A stretch of 64,000 nucleotides of DNA from Acidobacteriota bacterium (GTDB lineage Bacteria; Acidobacteriota; UBA890; WLXD01). A model generated the notes under the pieces. It worked only from the letters and a program-made list of their open reading frames with translations. It did not search any database and was not told where the DNA came from. The translations under genes and the position numbers were made by a program. Shown here in pieces: positions 9,601-19,129 of this stretch. The stretch covers positions 1,408,001 to 1,472,000 of the forward strand of contig CBDFKD010000002.1 in assembly GCA_965248695.1 (NCBI GenBank), written 5' to 3'. Position 1 is the first letter of the stretch, and every line of letters starts with the position of its first letter.

Positions 9601-12600
9601 CGGGACCGCCGGAGACCCCATCGTCAACGGCAATATCGACCTCACCGACCTGGGTTTCGTGATCGCGGATCCGCAAGTCGTGGTGAGCGACGTCAACGGT
9701 ACGCTGGCGATCAGCGGCACGGAGCTCCGGGCCGAGGGGCTTCGAGGCATCGCCAACGGCGGCGAGGCAATGCTGTTTCTCGACCTCGATCTCGCCGACC
9801 CCTTGAACCCCTCGGGGCTGGCGGAGCTGACGGCGCGCTCGATCGTCGTCGAGGTGGGCGGAGGACGAGCGCTGGGAGACGCCGACGTCACCGTCAGCGC
9901 GTCGCAGCACGGCGGACGCCGTGCGTTCGGCGAGATTCGTCTTCTCGCCGGCGGTTATCGTACCGACGCATCGCTGGCGGCGGACCTGGTTCGGGCGTCA
10001 GCTGTGAGTCAGACACCTGCGGCTGACCGCCCATCGCTATTCGACGATCTGGCTTACGACCTGCGCGTGACCACGGTCGAGGACCTCCGCATCGCCACGC
10101 CCTACGCCGAGCTCGGCCTGGCCACCGATCTCCAGATTGTCGGGACGTTCGCGCGTCCCGGGGTCCTGGGCCGGATGACGGTGCGGGACGGTGGCGTCGT
10201 GCGCCTTGCCGGGCATGCGTACAGCGTCGATCGTGGGGTTATCGAGTTCGCCGAGACCAATCGCGTTGCGCCGACGCTCGACATTGCCGCGCGAGCCGAG
10301 ATCGGTGGCGAGCAGATCAGCGTGCTGTTGACCGGCAGCGCATTCGATCCCACCGTCGAGGCCAGTGCGGAGTCGGGCCTGGACTCGGGCGACGTGCTGT
10401 CGCTCATGGCTACCGGACGGACGGCCGCCGCCGCTGGCGACGCCGGACGGGAGGTGCTGGCTGAGCAGGCCTTCGATCTACTCACGGGCCAGTACCTCGC
10501 CGGCGCCGTTCAGCGGCTCGGCTTCGAGTCGGTGCGATTCGAGCGCGGGGGATCGGCCGCCGGAGACAGCGAGCTGTTTCCGCGTGATACCGATCTGGCC
10601 TCGCGCCTGACGCTCACGCGCAGCATCCGCAACACGTTCGACCTGGTGTTCTCGCAGAACCTCACCAACGCCGACGAGCGCAGTTGGATCGGAACCCTGC
10701 GCCTACCGTTCGGTCTGGCACTGCGAGGCGGTACGTTCGACGACGGCACGCGGTCGCTGGAGCTGCAGCACCGGCTGACCCTCGGATCGAGGACGCCGAC
10801 CGGCGACAGCGGTGGCCGCGCTCCTCCGGTACGGTCGGTGCGCTTCGAAGGCAGCCCGGGCTATGCCGAGGACGTTCTCCGGCAACAGATTCGGGTGCGC
10901 GCCGGCGATCGTTTCGACTTCCTCCGCTGGCAGGAGGACCGCGATCGGCTCTTGCGCCTCTATCACCGCGGTGGGTTTCTCGAAGCCGACATCCGTGCTC
11001 GGCGCTCGCCGCCAGCCGGCACCGACCCGGTGACGATCGACGGCGTCGACCTGACCTACGCAATCGACCGGGGCGCCGAAGCGATCCTGACCATCGAGGG
11101 TGACCTGCCGAGCAGCGTACGCAAGGAACTGCTCGAGGCGTGGGGCGACAGCGTGCTGACGGAGTTTCTTCTCGAGGACATGCGACAGATCGTGCAGGCG
11201 CATCTCGCCGGCCGCGGTCACGTGCGCCCGGCGGTGGCCGCCGAGCTCATTCAGGACGGTGCTCGCAAGGAGATCCTGCTGCGCTTCGATGCCGGTGCGC
11301 GCTACCGGCGTGCCGACTCCATCATCGTTGGCAACACGGGACTCGACACCGAGCTCATCCGGCGCCGGTTACGCACGCGGGGGCTGAACGCAGCGGACTG
11401 GGCGCATCAGAACGAGCTCGCCGACGCGGTACGAAACCTGTATATCGAACGCGGCTGGCTCGACGCCGAGGTCAGAGCTTCCGGGCCGCTGATCGACGGC
11501 GACGACGCCCGACTGCGCATAGAGATCGACGAGGGGCGCCGCTACCGGCTCGGCAGCATGCGCGTCAGCGGCAACGCGCTGATCGGCTCGGAGCTCTTGC
11601 TCGATGCGCTGGCGCTGCAACCCGGCGACGACTACGACCGCGACGCGCTCGCCGCCGGTGGTGACGCGGTCCTCGAGGTCTACCTGCAGCGAGGACACAA
11701 CGGCACCACGGTACGTGCTGCTGCCGACGGCCGAGCAGAAACCGCCGTGGTCGATATCGAGCTGGTCGTCGAAGAGGCACCGCAACAGATCCTGACGGAG
11801 CTCAGGATCGACGGGCTGCAGCACGTGCGTCGCTCGGTTGTCGAGCGCGCCATCAGCGCGGAGCTCGGCACGCCGCTGGTGCGGAGCGATCTGCAGTCGG
11901 CCAGGCAACGCCTGTACGCCACTGGCGTGTTCGAGCGCATCAAGTTGGACGTGGTGACCAGCGGTGTACTGAGCGACGGACGTCAACCGGTCGTCCTGCA
12001 GGTAGAAGTCACCGAAGCGCCACGTTTGCAGCTTCGCTACGGAGTTCAGCTATTTAGCGATCAGACCCTCGAGGACCAGCGCGAGACGCGCCCAGGTGTT
12101 GCTGCGACGCTGAGCCACAGCGGATTGCTCGGACTCCCGGCGGACCTAAGCGCCACCGCTCGCTACCGCGGCAAGGACCGGCTGATCCGAGGGGTGCTCG
12201 GCTTTCGGGGTCTGTTCGGAGCCCCGGTGCGCACGGCGCTGATCGGCGAGCGCTCGCGTAGCGAGGTCGAGGGTTTCTTCACCACGCGCTCTGACGACAC
12301 ACAGTTCACCCTGGAGCAGCGCGTCAACGTGTCGACGGCGCTCACGGTGGGCTACAGCTACAACGTCAAGCACACGCGGTCGACGTTGCTCGGTCAGCAG
12401 CTCCAGCTGGAGCCGGTGACCTCCGCGCGCCTGGTACCGACGATCATCTACGACAGCCGCGACGATCGCCTGGACCCCGGCAGCGGACTGTTCCACAGCG
12501 CCACCCTGGAATGGGCTCCGGCCAGTCTGGGATCGGAGCTGCTCTTCCGCACGCTGCATCTGAAACAGTACGCGTTCCTGAGCCTCGGTCGGCTTACATT

Positions 12601-13030
12601 CGCCAGCGCCATCCGCTTCGCCAGCGGCGTGAGCCTCGATCCGACGTCAACGCGCCTGCCCCGCAGCGAGCGTTTCGTTGCCGGCGGCGCCACTTCGCTG
12701 CGCGGCTACCCGGACGATGCCGTCGGTGGCAGCGACTTCTTCGGGAGCTTCGTGCCCGGTGGCAACGCGGTCCTGGTGCTCAACCAGGAGGCACGCTTCC
12801 CGATCTGGCGCTGGATCCGCGGCGTTGCTTTCGTTGACGCGGGCAGCGCCTTCGAATCAGCCTCCGACATACGCCTGGGACGTCTGAAGGCGTCGACCGG
12901 CCTCGGCCTGCGACTGGCGACGCCATACCTGATGTTGCGGCTCGACTACGGCCTGCGCCTCGGCAACTTGTCGCACCTACCCGACGCATCGCGCGGACGG
13001 TTCCATTTCGGTATCGGCCATATCTTCTGA
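6692..13030 (+). CDS. TamB/AsmA-like domain fused to POTRA repeats and a BamA/TamA (Omp85) beta-barrel
   Basis: N-terminal signal anchor, long beta-rich AsmA-like region, DUF490-like segment (LQIVGTFARPGVLG..PTLDIAARAEI), POTRA-like repeats (VRFEGS, MRVSGNALI, LRIDGLQHV..LYATGVFE), Omp85 signature ERFVAGGATSLRGY, GLRLATP, C-terminal FGIGHIF. Confidence 0.88.
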   Translation: MIRMSRRRRRLFIVCAFAAAAAVSGIAALHTPWARARVLAAALSRIAPDGSVSAERLDYRLPTLWFRLQGLQVRTSGQERPYFTAEELSIDLPWSAAWRGLAFQHIELRRPRLAVFVDADGLTNFAGEATRIDTPIPFDRLQVSGLQIEWRDDTAGYAFEADGIDLELGDLARGRLQMPAPARVRVADRRLEIALAGGDLDWDGRDLGIDALRLDSAASELNVDGSIKQLLADRELGLDISARTSLGMLTDIAGLDVAGESLLVTGRLEGPAQTPTANLELEMDSAMWRDIALRGIRGHINADHETVRLSALRAGLAGGEVIGEVEVGLESDAASRLTAEWKDIDAGTLVEGYGATSIVPAARLDGELRAQWPGPRPSLAGVRAVLSTELTRVPTSSDGIALDGRFDAELAAGEWFARGQVAVAAAMRINTDLSGNATARTVGGTMRLDVNDLGAAARPFAGLAPGLAQLAVTDGRATARLTLGGTVTDPTISGNARIEQLRVADAGPMTLETDLIASAESLRIHNATVEFPGGSLEADLQIDAAGRLHGRVEGGASELSLAVAQLPIGDRIAAAGGVSGSATWDLTLEGTLPLPDITGTVSAEGIRIGSSVPIDASARLSSSDYGIRVDELIATSGDNRLTLSGVIGAEGQSVDLLGELDVQAPEALTDRPELAYLRSARAEIAIGIDFPASIVVVDLWSLHADLPRFPVRSLTPGRLTWSPAEVSVEDFALRVGDLDLAVGGTLGGTATQGIHGRLRGDLSRLSDLATMALVIATDVPDRQPVVLSGNLDVDLRLGGTLAEPRPRGSLRVSDGNVVVDGMGALEALQLNAEMDSDGLRIGQLRGRFRGGELEGEASLSVQALVPALSLDSASADIVLDSLFVRRDEVTVSQQRPTRLRLEAGTMRIVDWFWSGSAQDDLSLALAGSVELRHPRVLDLLLTSNLGLAWLGSMTGAAALDGAAHASVTITGTAGDPIVNGNIDLTDLGFVIADPQVVVSDVNGTLAISGTELRAEGLRGIANGGEAMLFLDLDLADPLNPSGLAELTARSIVVEVGGGRALGDADVTVSASQHGGRRAFGEIRLLAGGYRTDASLAADLVRASAVSQTPAADRPSLFDDLAYDLRVTTVEDLRIATPYAELGLATDLQIVGTFARPGVLGRMTVRDGGVVRLAGHAYSVDRGVIEFAETNRVAPTLDIAARAEIGGEQISVLLTGSAFDPTVEASAESGLDSGDVLSLMATGRTAAAAGDAGREVLAEQAFDLLTGQYLAGAVQRLGFESVRFERGGSAAGDSELFPRDTDLASRLTLTRSIRNTFDLVFSQNLTNADERSWIGTLRLPFGLALRGGTFDDGTRSLELQHRLTLGSRTPTGDSGGRAPPVRSVRFEGSPGYAEDVLRQQIRVRAGDRFDFLRWQEDRDRLLRLYHRGGFLEADIRARRSPPAGTDPVTIDGVDLTYAIDRGAEAILTIEGDLPSSVRKELLEAWGDSVLTEFLLEDMRQIVQAHLAGRGHVRPAVAAELIQDGARKEILLRFDAGARYRRADSIIVGNTGLDTELIRRRLRTRGLNAADWAHQNELADAVRNLYIERGWLDAEVRASGPLIDGDDARLRIEIDEGRRYRLGSMRVSGNALIGSELLLDALALQPGDDYDRDALAAGGDAVLEVYLQRGHNGTTVRAAADGRAETAVVDIELVVEEAPQQILTELRIDGLQHVRRSVVERAISAELGTPLVRSDLQSARQRLYATGVFERIKLDVVTSGVLSDGRQPVVLQVEVTEAPRLQLRYGVQLFSDQTLEDQRETRPGVAATLSHSGLLGLPADLSATARYRGKDRLIRGVLGFRGLFGAPVRTALIGERSRSEVEGFFTTRSDDTQFTLEQRVNVSTALTVGYSYNVKHTRSTLLGQQLQLEPVTSARLVPTIIYDSRDDRLDPGSGLFHSATLEWAPASLGSELLFRTLHLKQYAFLSLGRLTFASAIRFASGVSLDPTSTRLPRSERFVAGGATSLRGYPDDAVGGSDFFGSFVPGGNAVLVLNQEARFPIWRWIRGVAFVDAGSAFESASDIRLGRLKASTGLGLRLATPYLMLRLDYGLRLGNLSHLPDASRGRFHFGIGHIF

Positions 13031-13081
13031 GCCGCTCGCAGCCGGATCGGTCGCCGATTCAATGGCAACGTGCAGTGCGCC

Positions 13082-13771
13082 TCAACGCATCGCGGCGAGG
13101 ATCGCCATCACCTGTTGCCGCTCTGGGGCCTCCGGTGCGAGCTCCAGAAAACGCTCGAAATGGTTCGTCATCGACACGAGGTTGCCGGTCTTATTGTAAC
13201 TGAACCCGGCCCAGTAGTGGGCGTAGGCGAAACCGCCGTCGATCTGGAGCGTTCGTATGAAGGCGTCGCTCGCAGCGACGTAGTCATCGCGCGCCAGCAT
13301 CACGCGGCCATGCTGGAAATGCGCATACTTGTGCGCCAACTTGTCCCCGTTCGCCCGCTCCACCGCGCGTAGGGCGGCGATGGCGGCGCGATCGAGATCA
13401 CCAGCGACCAACGCTCCTGCCGACAGTCCCATCTGATGCCAGGGGTCGCTGTTGGCGAGCTGGTCGAGCTCCGCGTAGGTCTTGCCGGCACGACCTGACG
13501 CGTTCATGGCCTCCTGGCTCAGGCCCGCGACGAATAGCGCGTCGGCGTTGACGACGACCTCCGGTCCGCTCGCTTTGTCGACCGCGTCGACCACCGCCGA
13601 GAAAGCCCCACGCTCGAACAGAGGCAACACCTCGACCTCGACCGTCTGCTTCTCGGTCGCAGTGTTGTTCTTCTTCTTTTTCTTCTTTTTCTTCTGCGCC
13701 TCGGCGGTCATGGGAACAAGCAGCGCCAGCACCAGCACCGCGACCGTCGCTCGCCAAGCTTGGATTCTCAT
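13082..13771 (-). CDS. secreted tetratricopeptide-repeat protein
   Basis: Signal peptide ending AEA, a poly-Lys tract, then TPR-like helices (AYAHYWAG...FERFLELAPEAPE). Start set at ATG 13771. Confidence 0.75.
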   Translation of the reverse strand: MRIQAWRATVAVLVLALLVPMTAEAQKKKKKKKKNNTATEKQTVEVEVLPLFERGAFSAVVDAVDKASGPEVVVNADALFVAGLSQEAMNASGRAGKTYAELDQLANSDPWHQMGLSAGALVAGDLDRAAIAALRAVERANGDKLAHKYAHFQHGRVMLARDDYVAASDAFIRTLQIDGGFAYAHYWAGFSYNKTGNLVSMTNHFERFLELAPEAPERQQVMAILAAMR

Positions 13772-13909
13772 CTCGCTATCCACCGCCTCTACAGGGTCAG
13801 GAGCGCTCCCCCTACAATTCATTATAGGAACGGGCCGGGGTCCGACGCTCGTCCGGAGGCAAAAACCCCCTCGCGCGGGCCCACTGGGCAACGATCCGCA
13901 GGAGCATGG

Positions 13910-14104
13910 ATGATCACTGGACTGGAGCTGGGGCTCTGTTCCGATTGCGTTCACGCGCGTCGCGTGCACAACGATCGTGGTTCCGACTTCCTCCTGTGCG
14001 CCAAGGCAAGATCAGCACCGGAGTTGCCGCGCTACCCGCCGATTCCGGTTCGCGAGTGCACTGGACACCGGGCAATCCACGTCAAGCCTGTAGGAACAGA
14101 ATGA
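13910..14104 (+). CDS. small Cys-rich hypothetical protein (possible metal binding)
   Basis: 64 aa after a GGAG RBS: GLCSDCVHAR...SDFLLC...PRYPPIPVREC. Confidence 0.65.
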   Translation: MITGLELGLCSDCVHARRVHNDRGSDFLLCAKARSAPELPRYPPIPVRECTGHRAIHVKPVGTE

Positions 14105-15176
14105 CCGAGGTGTGCAAGCAGCCGGCGTGATCGAGCACCAGGTGGGGGAACCGGGAAACATCGATGGGCATCGTGGACGGGTTCTCGACGCAATAGCGCG
14201 GCAGGACGAATTCCGGCGCCTGGACCAGCTTCATGCCTGGTGCTGCCACCACGTGTTCGAGCAGCTCGTCGACGCTGAAAAACTCCGGATTGGGTGCATC
14301 GTTGAGGATCAACTCGGTGGCCACGATGACGAGCCCGTCCGCACGGCACACACGCGCCATCTCGCGCATCGACTGCGCCGCCGCCGCGTTGCCCCCGAAA
14401 TGCTCGATTGACGACAGTGAGAACACCACGTCGAATCGATCGTCCTCGAACTCGAGCTCGAGCGCATCCATCTTCATGAAGCGGAGATGGTCCTCGCGAT
14501 ACGCGAACGGCGCATACTTCGAGGGGTTGTCGATGACTTCGGGATCACCTTCGCGCGCCATGTGGTCGGCCCAGCCACCCTCGAAGAGGTCCGTGCCGAC
14601 AACCTCGCCGACGCGATTCGCCAGCCAGTACAGCAGCGCCTCGTGCCCGCTCGCCACGCCGAGACATCGCGTCGACTCGCGCAGTCGTCCGAGTACCTGC
14701 AACCCGTAGAGCGTCTGCACCCACTCGAAGCTCTTGCGGTGCATCAGCTGCGGTCGCGGGTCCAACCCGAGCTCCTCGAGTAGCGCCCGCCAAGCTGGCT
14801 CGAGCCACTTGCGTGGGTTGACGCACTCGTTCAGCTGCGCGCCGTCAAAGGGTTGCTCAGATACGTGGGGCTCGAACGGCACCGGCGATAGAACCTCGAT
14901 GAAATCCTCCAGCGCGTACCGGTAGGGGTAGTTGAATTTGTTCCCGTAGCGATACTCATCGGATCCCAGCAGCCCGTGCAGGAGCTCCGTGCGGTCCAGT
15001 CGGCCGAAGCGTAGCTCGTCAACGTAGAACTTCTTGCCGGGCCCGTCCGCCGGCCTCCCCAGGAGGACGCGATAAAGGACCTCGACGTAGTCGGCATCGT
15101 CGGCGAGGTCATACGTGCCCGTCAGCGGGACTTCCAGCTCTTGCTGTTCTTGCTCCACTGACCCCACCACCTTCAT
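14082..15176 (-). CDS. class I SAM-dependent methyltransferase with DUF4214-like N-terminal domain
   Basis: YVEVLYRVLLGRPADGPG...SDEY N-terminal domain; CLGVASG, MDALEL, FDVVFSLSSIEHFG. Confidence 0.85.
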   Translation of the reverse strand: MKVVGSVEQEQQELEVPLTGTYDLADDADYVEVLYRVLLGRPADGPGKKFYVDELRFGRLDRTELLHGLLGSDEYRYGNKFNYPYRYALEDFIEVLSPVPFEPHVSEQPFDGAQLNECVNPRKWLEPAWRALLEELGLDPRPQLMHRKSFEWVQTLYGLQVLGRLRESTRCLGVASGHEALLYWLANRVGEVVGTDLFEGGWADHMAREGDPEVIDNPSKYAPFAYREDHLRFMKMDALELEFEDDRFDVVFSLSSIEHFGGNAAAAQSMREMARVCRADGLVIVATELILNDAPNPEFFSVDELLEHVVAAPGMKLVQAPEFVLPRYCVENPSTMPIDVSRFPHLVLDHAGCLHTSVILFLQA

Positions 15177-15242
15177 CCATCAGGCGAAGTGTGCCCCGGC
15201 GCCGACCTGGAAAGACGGCCTCCAGCAGCCTATAAGTGTGCC

Positions 15243-15908
15243 ATGCCCCCTCCCGATCTTGAACGCAAGCCGCGCTGGTCGCTGACAACCGGACGACCGC
15301 TGATCATCGGCATCGCCGGCGGCTCCGGGTCGGGAAAGACGACGATCGCCGACGCCATGGCGGAGGAGATCGGCAAGGATCAATGCGCCCTCATCCTGCA
15401 CGACTCCTACTATCGCGACCTGAGTCATTTGCCTCCAGAGCAGCGCGTCCAGCAGAACTACGACCATCCCGAGTCACTCGAGACAGAGCTACTGGTCGAG
15501 CACCTGCACGCACTCACGAATCGTGTCCCCATCGACAAGCCGCTGTACGACTTCACGACCCACACCCGCCGGGCCGAGATCGAGCCCATCACGCCACGAT
15601 CCGTGATCCTGGTCGAGGGAGTGCTGGTGCTGGCGGAGGCACAGCTGCGACAGCTGATGGACCTGAAGATCTTCGTCGATACCGACGCCGACGTCCGGCT
15701 CATGCGCCGCGTCGAGCGCGATATCCGCGAGCGCGGCAGGACGATCGAATCGGTATTCGAACAGTACCTCGCCACCGTGCGGCCGATGCATGTGGAGTTC
15801 GTCGAGCCCTCCAAAGCCTATGCGGATCTGGTGATTCCAGAGGGCTACAACATCGGCGCGGTGGGCACGGTCCTGGCGATGATCCGGGAGTTCCTGCGAC
15901 AAGGCTGA
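15243..15908 (+). CDS. udk: uridine kinase
   Basis: IGIAGGSGSGKTT, HDSYYRD, NYDHP, DTDADVRLMRRVERDIRERGR, VRPMHVEFVEPSK. Confidence 0.96.
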   Translation: MPPPDLERKPRWSLTTGRPLIIGIAGGSGSGKTTIADAMAEEIGKDQCALILHDSYYRDLSHLPPEQRVQQNYDHPESLETELLVEHLHALTNRVPIDKPLYDFTTHTRRAEIEPITPRSVILVEGVLVLAEAQLRQLMDLKIFVDTDADVRLMRRVERDIRERGRTIESVFEQYLATVRPMHVEFVEPSKAYADLVIPEGYNIGAVGTVLAMIREFLRQG

Positions 15909-15920
15909 GGCACGGAGCGA

Positions 15921-17636
15921 TCAAGCAGGCAGGGTCGCTAGCTCCTCGCCCACACGGTCCATCAGCGGCGCGATGATGCTCTCATCGAAGGCAAGCTTCG
16001 CGCCGGCAGCCTCGAACAGGCCTGGGAGCGGGCGCGAGCCACCGAGCGCCAGGGCGGCGCGATAGTCGGACAGGCCGCGTGCCGGATCCTGCTTGTACGT
16101 GTTCCAGATCTGCAGCGCGCCGAGCTGGGCGATGCCGTATTCGATGTAGTAGAACGGGTAGCAGAAAATATGCAGCTGCCGTTGCCAGCTGGAGTGGCGT
16201 TGAGCGTCGTAGCCACTCCATTCAACCGCGGGCTCGAAACGCTCGCCGAGCTCCAGCCAGGCAGCCGTGCGCCCGTCGCGTGTGTGCGCCGGATGAGTGT
16301 AGATCCAGTGCTGGAAGGCATCGACCCGAGCAATCCACGGCAGCAACTCGATGATGCCTTCGAGGTGCTTGCGCTTGGCGCGAGCCGCATCCTCGCGGCT
16401 GTAGAACTCGTCCAGGTAGTCGTCGCCGAACAGTTCCATCGTCATCGAGGCGACCTCGGCAAATTCGATGGGCGCATGGCGATACTCGACCAGCGGCTCG
16501 TGGCGCGCCGCGAGAGCATGGAATGCGTGCCCCGACTCATGCAGCAGCGTCTCGACATCGCGATGCAGACCCGCTGCGTTCATGAAAATGAACGGGCGGC
16601 GGGCCTCCTCGAGCGAGGACTGGTAGCCACCAGGCGCCTTGCCCTTGCGCGACTCGAGATCGAGCTCGCCTGCCTCGATCATGCTGACGAACTGGGCCTC
16701 GAGATCGGAATCGAGACGCGCGAAGATGCGCCGGACGCCCTCCCCGAGCTCGTCGCCACCTTCGAATGGGCGTAACGGTGAACGGCCCAGCGGGTCGACG
16801 CCGAAATCCCACGGTCGCAGGTGGTTCACACCGAGCGCTGACTGACGATCCTCGGCCAACGACCGAACGAGCGGCATGACGTTCCGCGCGACCGCCGCGT
16901 GGAAACGGGCGCAGGATTCCGGCGTGTAGTCGAAACGGTGGTACGACTTGAACGTGTAGTCGCGATAGTCGGAACAATCGGCGTTGAGCGCGATCTGGTG
17001 CCGTAACCCCACGAGCTCGTCGAAGACCTCGTCGCAGCGGTCGCGATCCTGCAGCCGACGCTCCCAGATCGCTTCCCAGGCCTCGCGGCGGAGCCCCCGA
17101 TCCGTCTCCTCCAGGAACTTCCCCATCTGCGGCATGGTGCGCTCCTCGCCCCGGAACTCCACCGTCATCGCGCCGCTGATCTTCTGGTAACGCTGGCTCA
17201 GAACGCTCGCCTGAGTCTGCAGCTCGATGTTGTCGTCGCGATAAAGCTCGATGTCCATCGCCGTGCCGCGATCGAGAACGGCGTAACGGTCCGCGTCGAG
17301 CTCGGCGCGATACGGGCTGGCGACGTAGTACTCGTTGAGCTTGTGGAACCATGGCTTGGCCGCCGGCATGAAGTGCTCGACCAGCTCGAGGTAGCGGCTT
17401 TCAGCATCCTCGTCTTCGGTGTCGCAGGTCATGGCGATGTAACGCCGCGCCCGCTCTTCCGATACGCACGACTGCACCTCCGACAGGTCCAGCAGCCAGC
17501 GCTCCAGGTCGGCGGCCGAACCCAACTGCCGCTCCAGCAGCCTCTCGACCCACGGCTGTACCGCCTCCCAGTCGCCGAGATCGATGTCCTCGGGAATGAA
17601 GGTGCGGGGGAATTCCTTGCTGGATGATTGCGTCAC
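15921..17636 (-). CDS. M3 family oligoendopeptidase (PepF-like, M3B)
   Basis: DLESRKGKAPGGY, FMNAAG, LLHESGHAFH, EFAEVASM, PFYYIEYGIAQLGA. Start set at GTG 17636. Confidence 0.93.
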   Translation of the reverse strand: MTQSSSKEFPRTFIPEDIDLGDWEAVQPWVERLLERQLGSAADLERWLLDLSEVQSCVSEERARRYIAMTCDTEDEDAESRYLELVEHFMPAAKPWFHKLNEYYVASPYRAELDADRYAVLDRGTAMDIELYRDDNIELQTQASVLSQRYQKISGAMTVEFRGEERTMPQMGKFLEETDRGLRREAWEAIWERRLQDRDRCDEVFDELVGLRHQIALNADCSDYRDYTFKSYHRFDYTPESCARFHAAVARNVMPLVRSLAEDRQSALGVNHLRPWDFGVDPLGRSPLRPFEGGDELGEGVRRIFARLDSDLEAQFVSMIEAGELDLESRKGKAPGGYQSSLEEARRPFIFMNAAGLHRDVETLLHESGHAFHALAARHEPLVEYRHAPIEFAEVASMTMELFGDDYLDEFYSREDAARAKRKHLEGIIELLPWIARVDAFQHWIYTHPAHTRDGRTAAWLELGERFEPAVEWSGYDAQRHSSWQRQLHIFCYPFYYIEYGIAQLGALQIWNTYKQDPARGLSDYRAALALGGSRPLPGLFEAAGAKLAFDESIIAPLMDRVGEELATLPA

Positions 17637-17689
17637 GCGAGCTTGCTCCGGGTTGGTACGAGTCCGTCTGACGGATCGCGGCGGTAGTG

Positions 17690-19129
17690 CTACTCGGGCG
17701 GCTCCGGCTGCAGACCCGCATCCGGGAGCAGCGCGGAGGCGCCCGGCTGGGCAGGTGCGGGCTCCAGAAGCAGGTGGCTGTCGATGAAATCGCCGAGAGC
17801 GCTGCGCAGCCAGATGACGAAGGCGACAGACGACACCAGCGCCACCATGAGGAGGCCGACGAGCATGCCGTACATCTGCGGATAGCCGAGCCAGGACGCC
17901 ACCCGAATGCCGAGCAAGGCGAGCGGCACGGTGAGGATGACGGTGCGCACGACAGCCATGATCAGGCCTGGCTGTCCGCGCCCCATCGCCTCGAATACGG
18001 GCCGCATGAGGAAAAAGGGCGTACTCAGCAGACACGCGAAGGGAACCGAGTACAGGGCGAAGCGCGCATAGTCGACCGTTTCCGGCGACTCTGCCAACGC
18101 GCTGGCCAGCCAGGGCCCCACCAGCACGATCACCGGCCCGACGATGACGATCGAGTACAACGCCGAGGCCACCAACGACTGACGAATTCCCTGACGCAGA
18201 CCCTCCCAGTCTTGCTTGCCGACCAGCCGGCTGGCGAACGGCAGCATCGCCACAGACATCGCGATCAGCGGGTTCATCGCGAACAGCAGTACACGGTGGT
18301 AGATCGAGTACGCCGCGATCGCCGCGGTGGCGGTTCCGAGACCCGCAAGCATCGCGTTGATGACCGCCATCTCCACCGCGGTGAGCACAAAGCTCAGCCC
18401 CGCCGGCAGGGCAAGTGTCAGCTGCCGCCAGTAGGGCGCCGGATCCAGGCCGGGCACGGTGTGGGTGCCGGCGGCGCGCCGGCGATCCTCATGCTCCTTG
18501 GCCTTCTTCAGCGCGTAGACCAGGCCCCCGACGCGTCCGATGACGGTCGACAGCGCGATGCCGAAGATTCCCCAATGGAAGACGAACAGGAAGATCGTGT
18601 TGAGCACCAGATTGATGACGTTCGAGGCAATCCCCGCCCACATCGTCGAGCGCGTGTCCTGATGCGCCTTGACGATGGAATCCGGCATCACGGACCAGAA
18701 GGCGGTGAACGCCGATCCGCCCAGCATCACCGTGGCATACAGGCGGAAGCTCGCGAAGACCTCGTCCGAGAGACCGAACTGTGGCGCCAGGAACCAGATG
18801 AACGCCCCCAGCGCCACGAAGACCGGCGAGATAATCCAGGTCATCCGCCAGGCAGCGCTGAGGTACTGCTCGATCTTGTCGCCTTCGCCGGAAGCCATGC
18901 TGCGTGACAGCGCCGCGGTAAGGCCGGTCGACATGCCCACCCAGATGGCGATCATCAGAAACTCGAACGGGACCGTCAGGCCGATCGCGGCGACGGCAGC
19001 GTCGCCGATGGTGGCAGCGTAGATCGTGTCGACGAAAGTGAACGCGGCGCGCATGACGAACGACACCACGAGCGGTGCCGACATCTGGAACAGCGACGGT
19101 TCGCGCTGCGAGTTGACGAAGGAGGACAC
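17690..19129 (-). CDS. MATE family efflux transporter
   Basis: About 12 TM; VDTIYAATIG, NLVLNTIFLFVFHWGIFGIALSTVI pattern typical of MATE proteins. Confidence 0.9.
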   Translation of the reverse strand: MSSFVNSQREPSLFQMSAPLVVSFVMRAAFTFVDTIYAATIGDAAVAAIGLTVPFEFLMIAIWVGMSTGLTAALSRSMASGEGDKIEQYLSAAWRMTWIISPVFVALGAFIWFLAPQFGLSDEVFASFRLYATVMLGGSAFTAFWSVMPDSIVKAHQDTRSTMWAGIASNVINLVLNTIFLFVFHWGIFGIALSTVIGRVGGLVYALKKAKEHEDRRRAAGTHTVPGLDPAPYWRQLTLALPAGLSFVLTAVEMAVINAMLAGLGTATAAIAAYSIYHRVLLFAMNPLIAMSVAMLPFASRLVGKQDWEGLRQGIRQSLVASALYSIVIVGPVIVLVGPWLASALAESPETVDYARFALYSVPFACLLSTPFFLMRPVFEAMGRGQPGLIMAVVRTVILTVPLALLGIRVASWLGYPQMYGMLVGLLMVALVSSVAFVIWLRSALGDFIDSHLLLEPAPAQPGASALLPDAGLQPEPPE

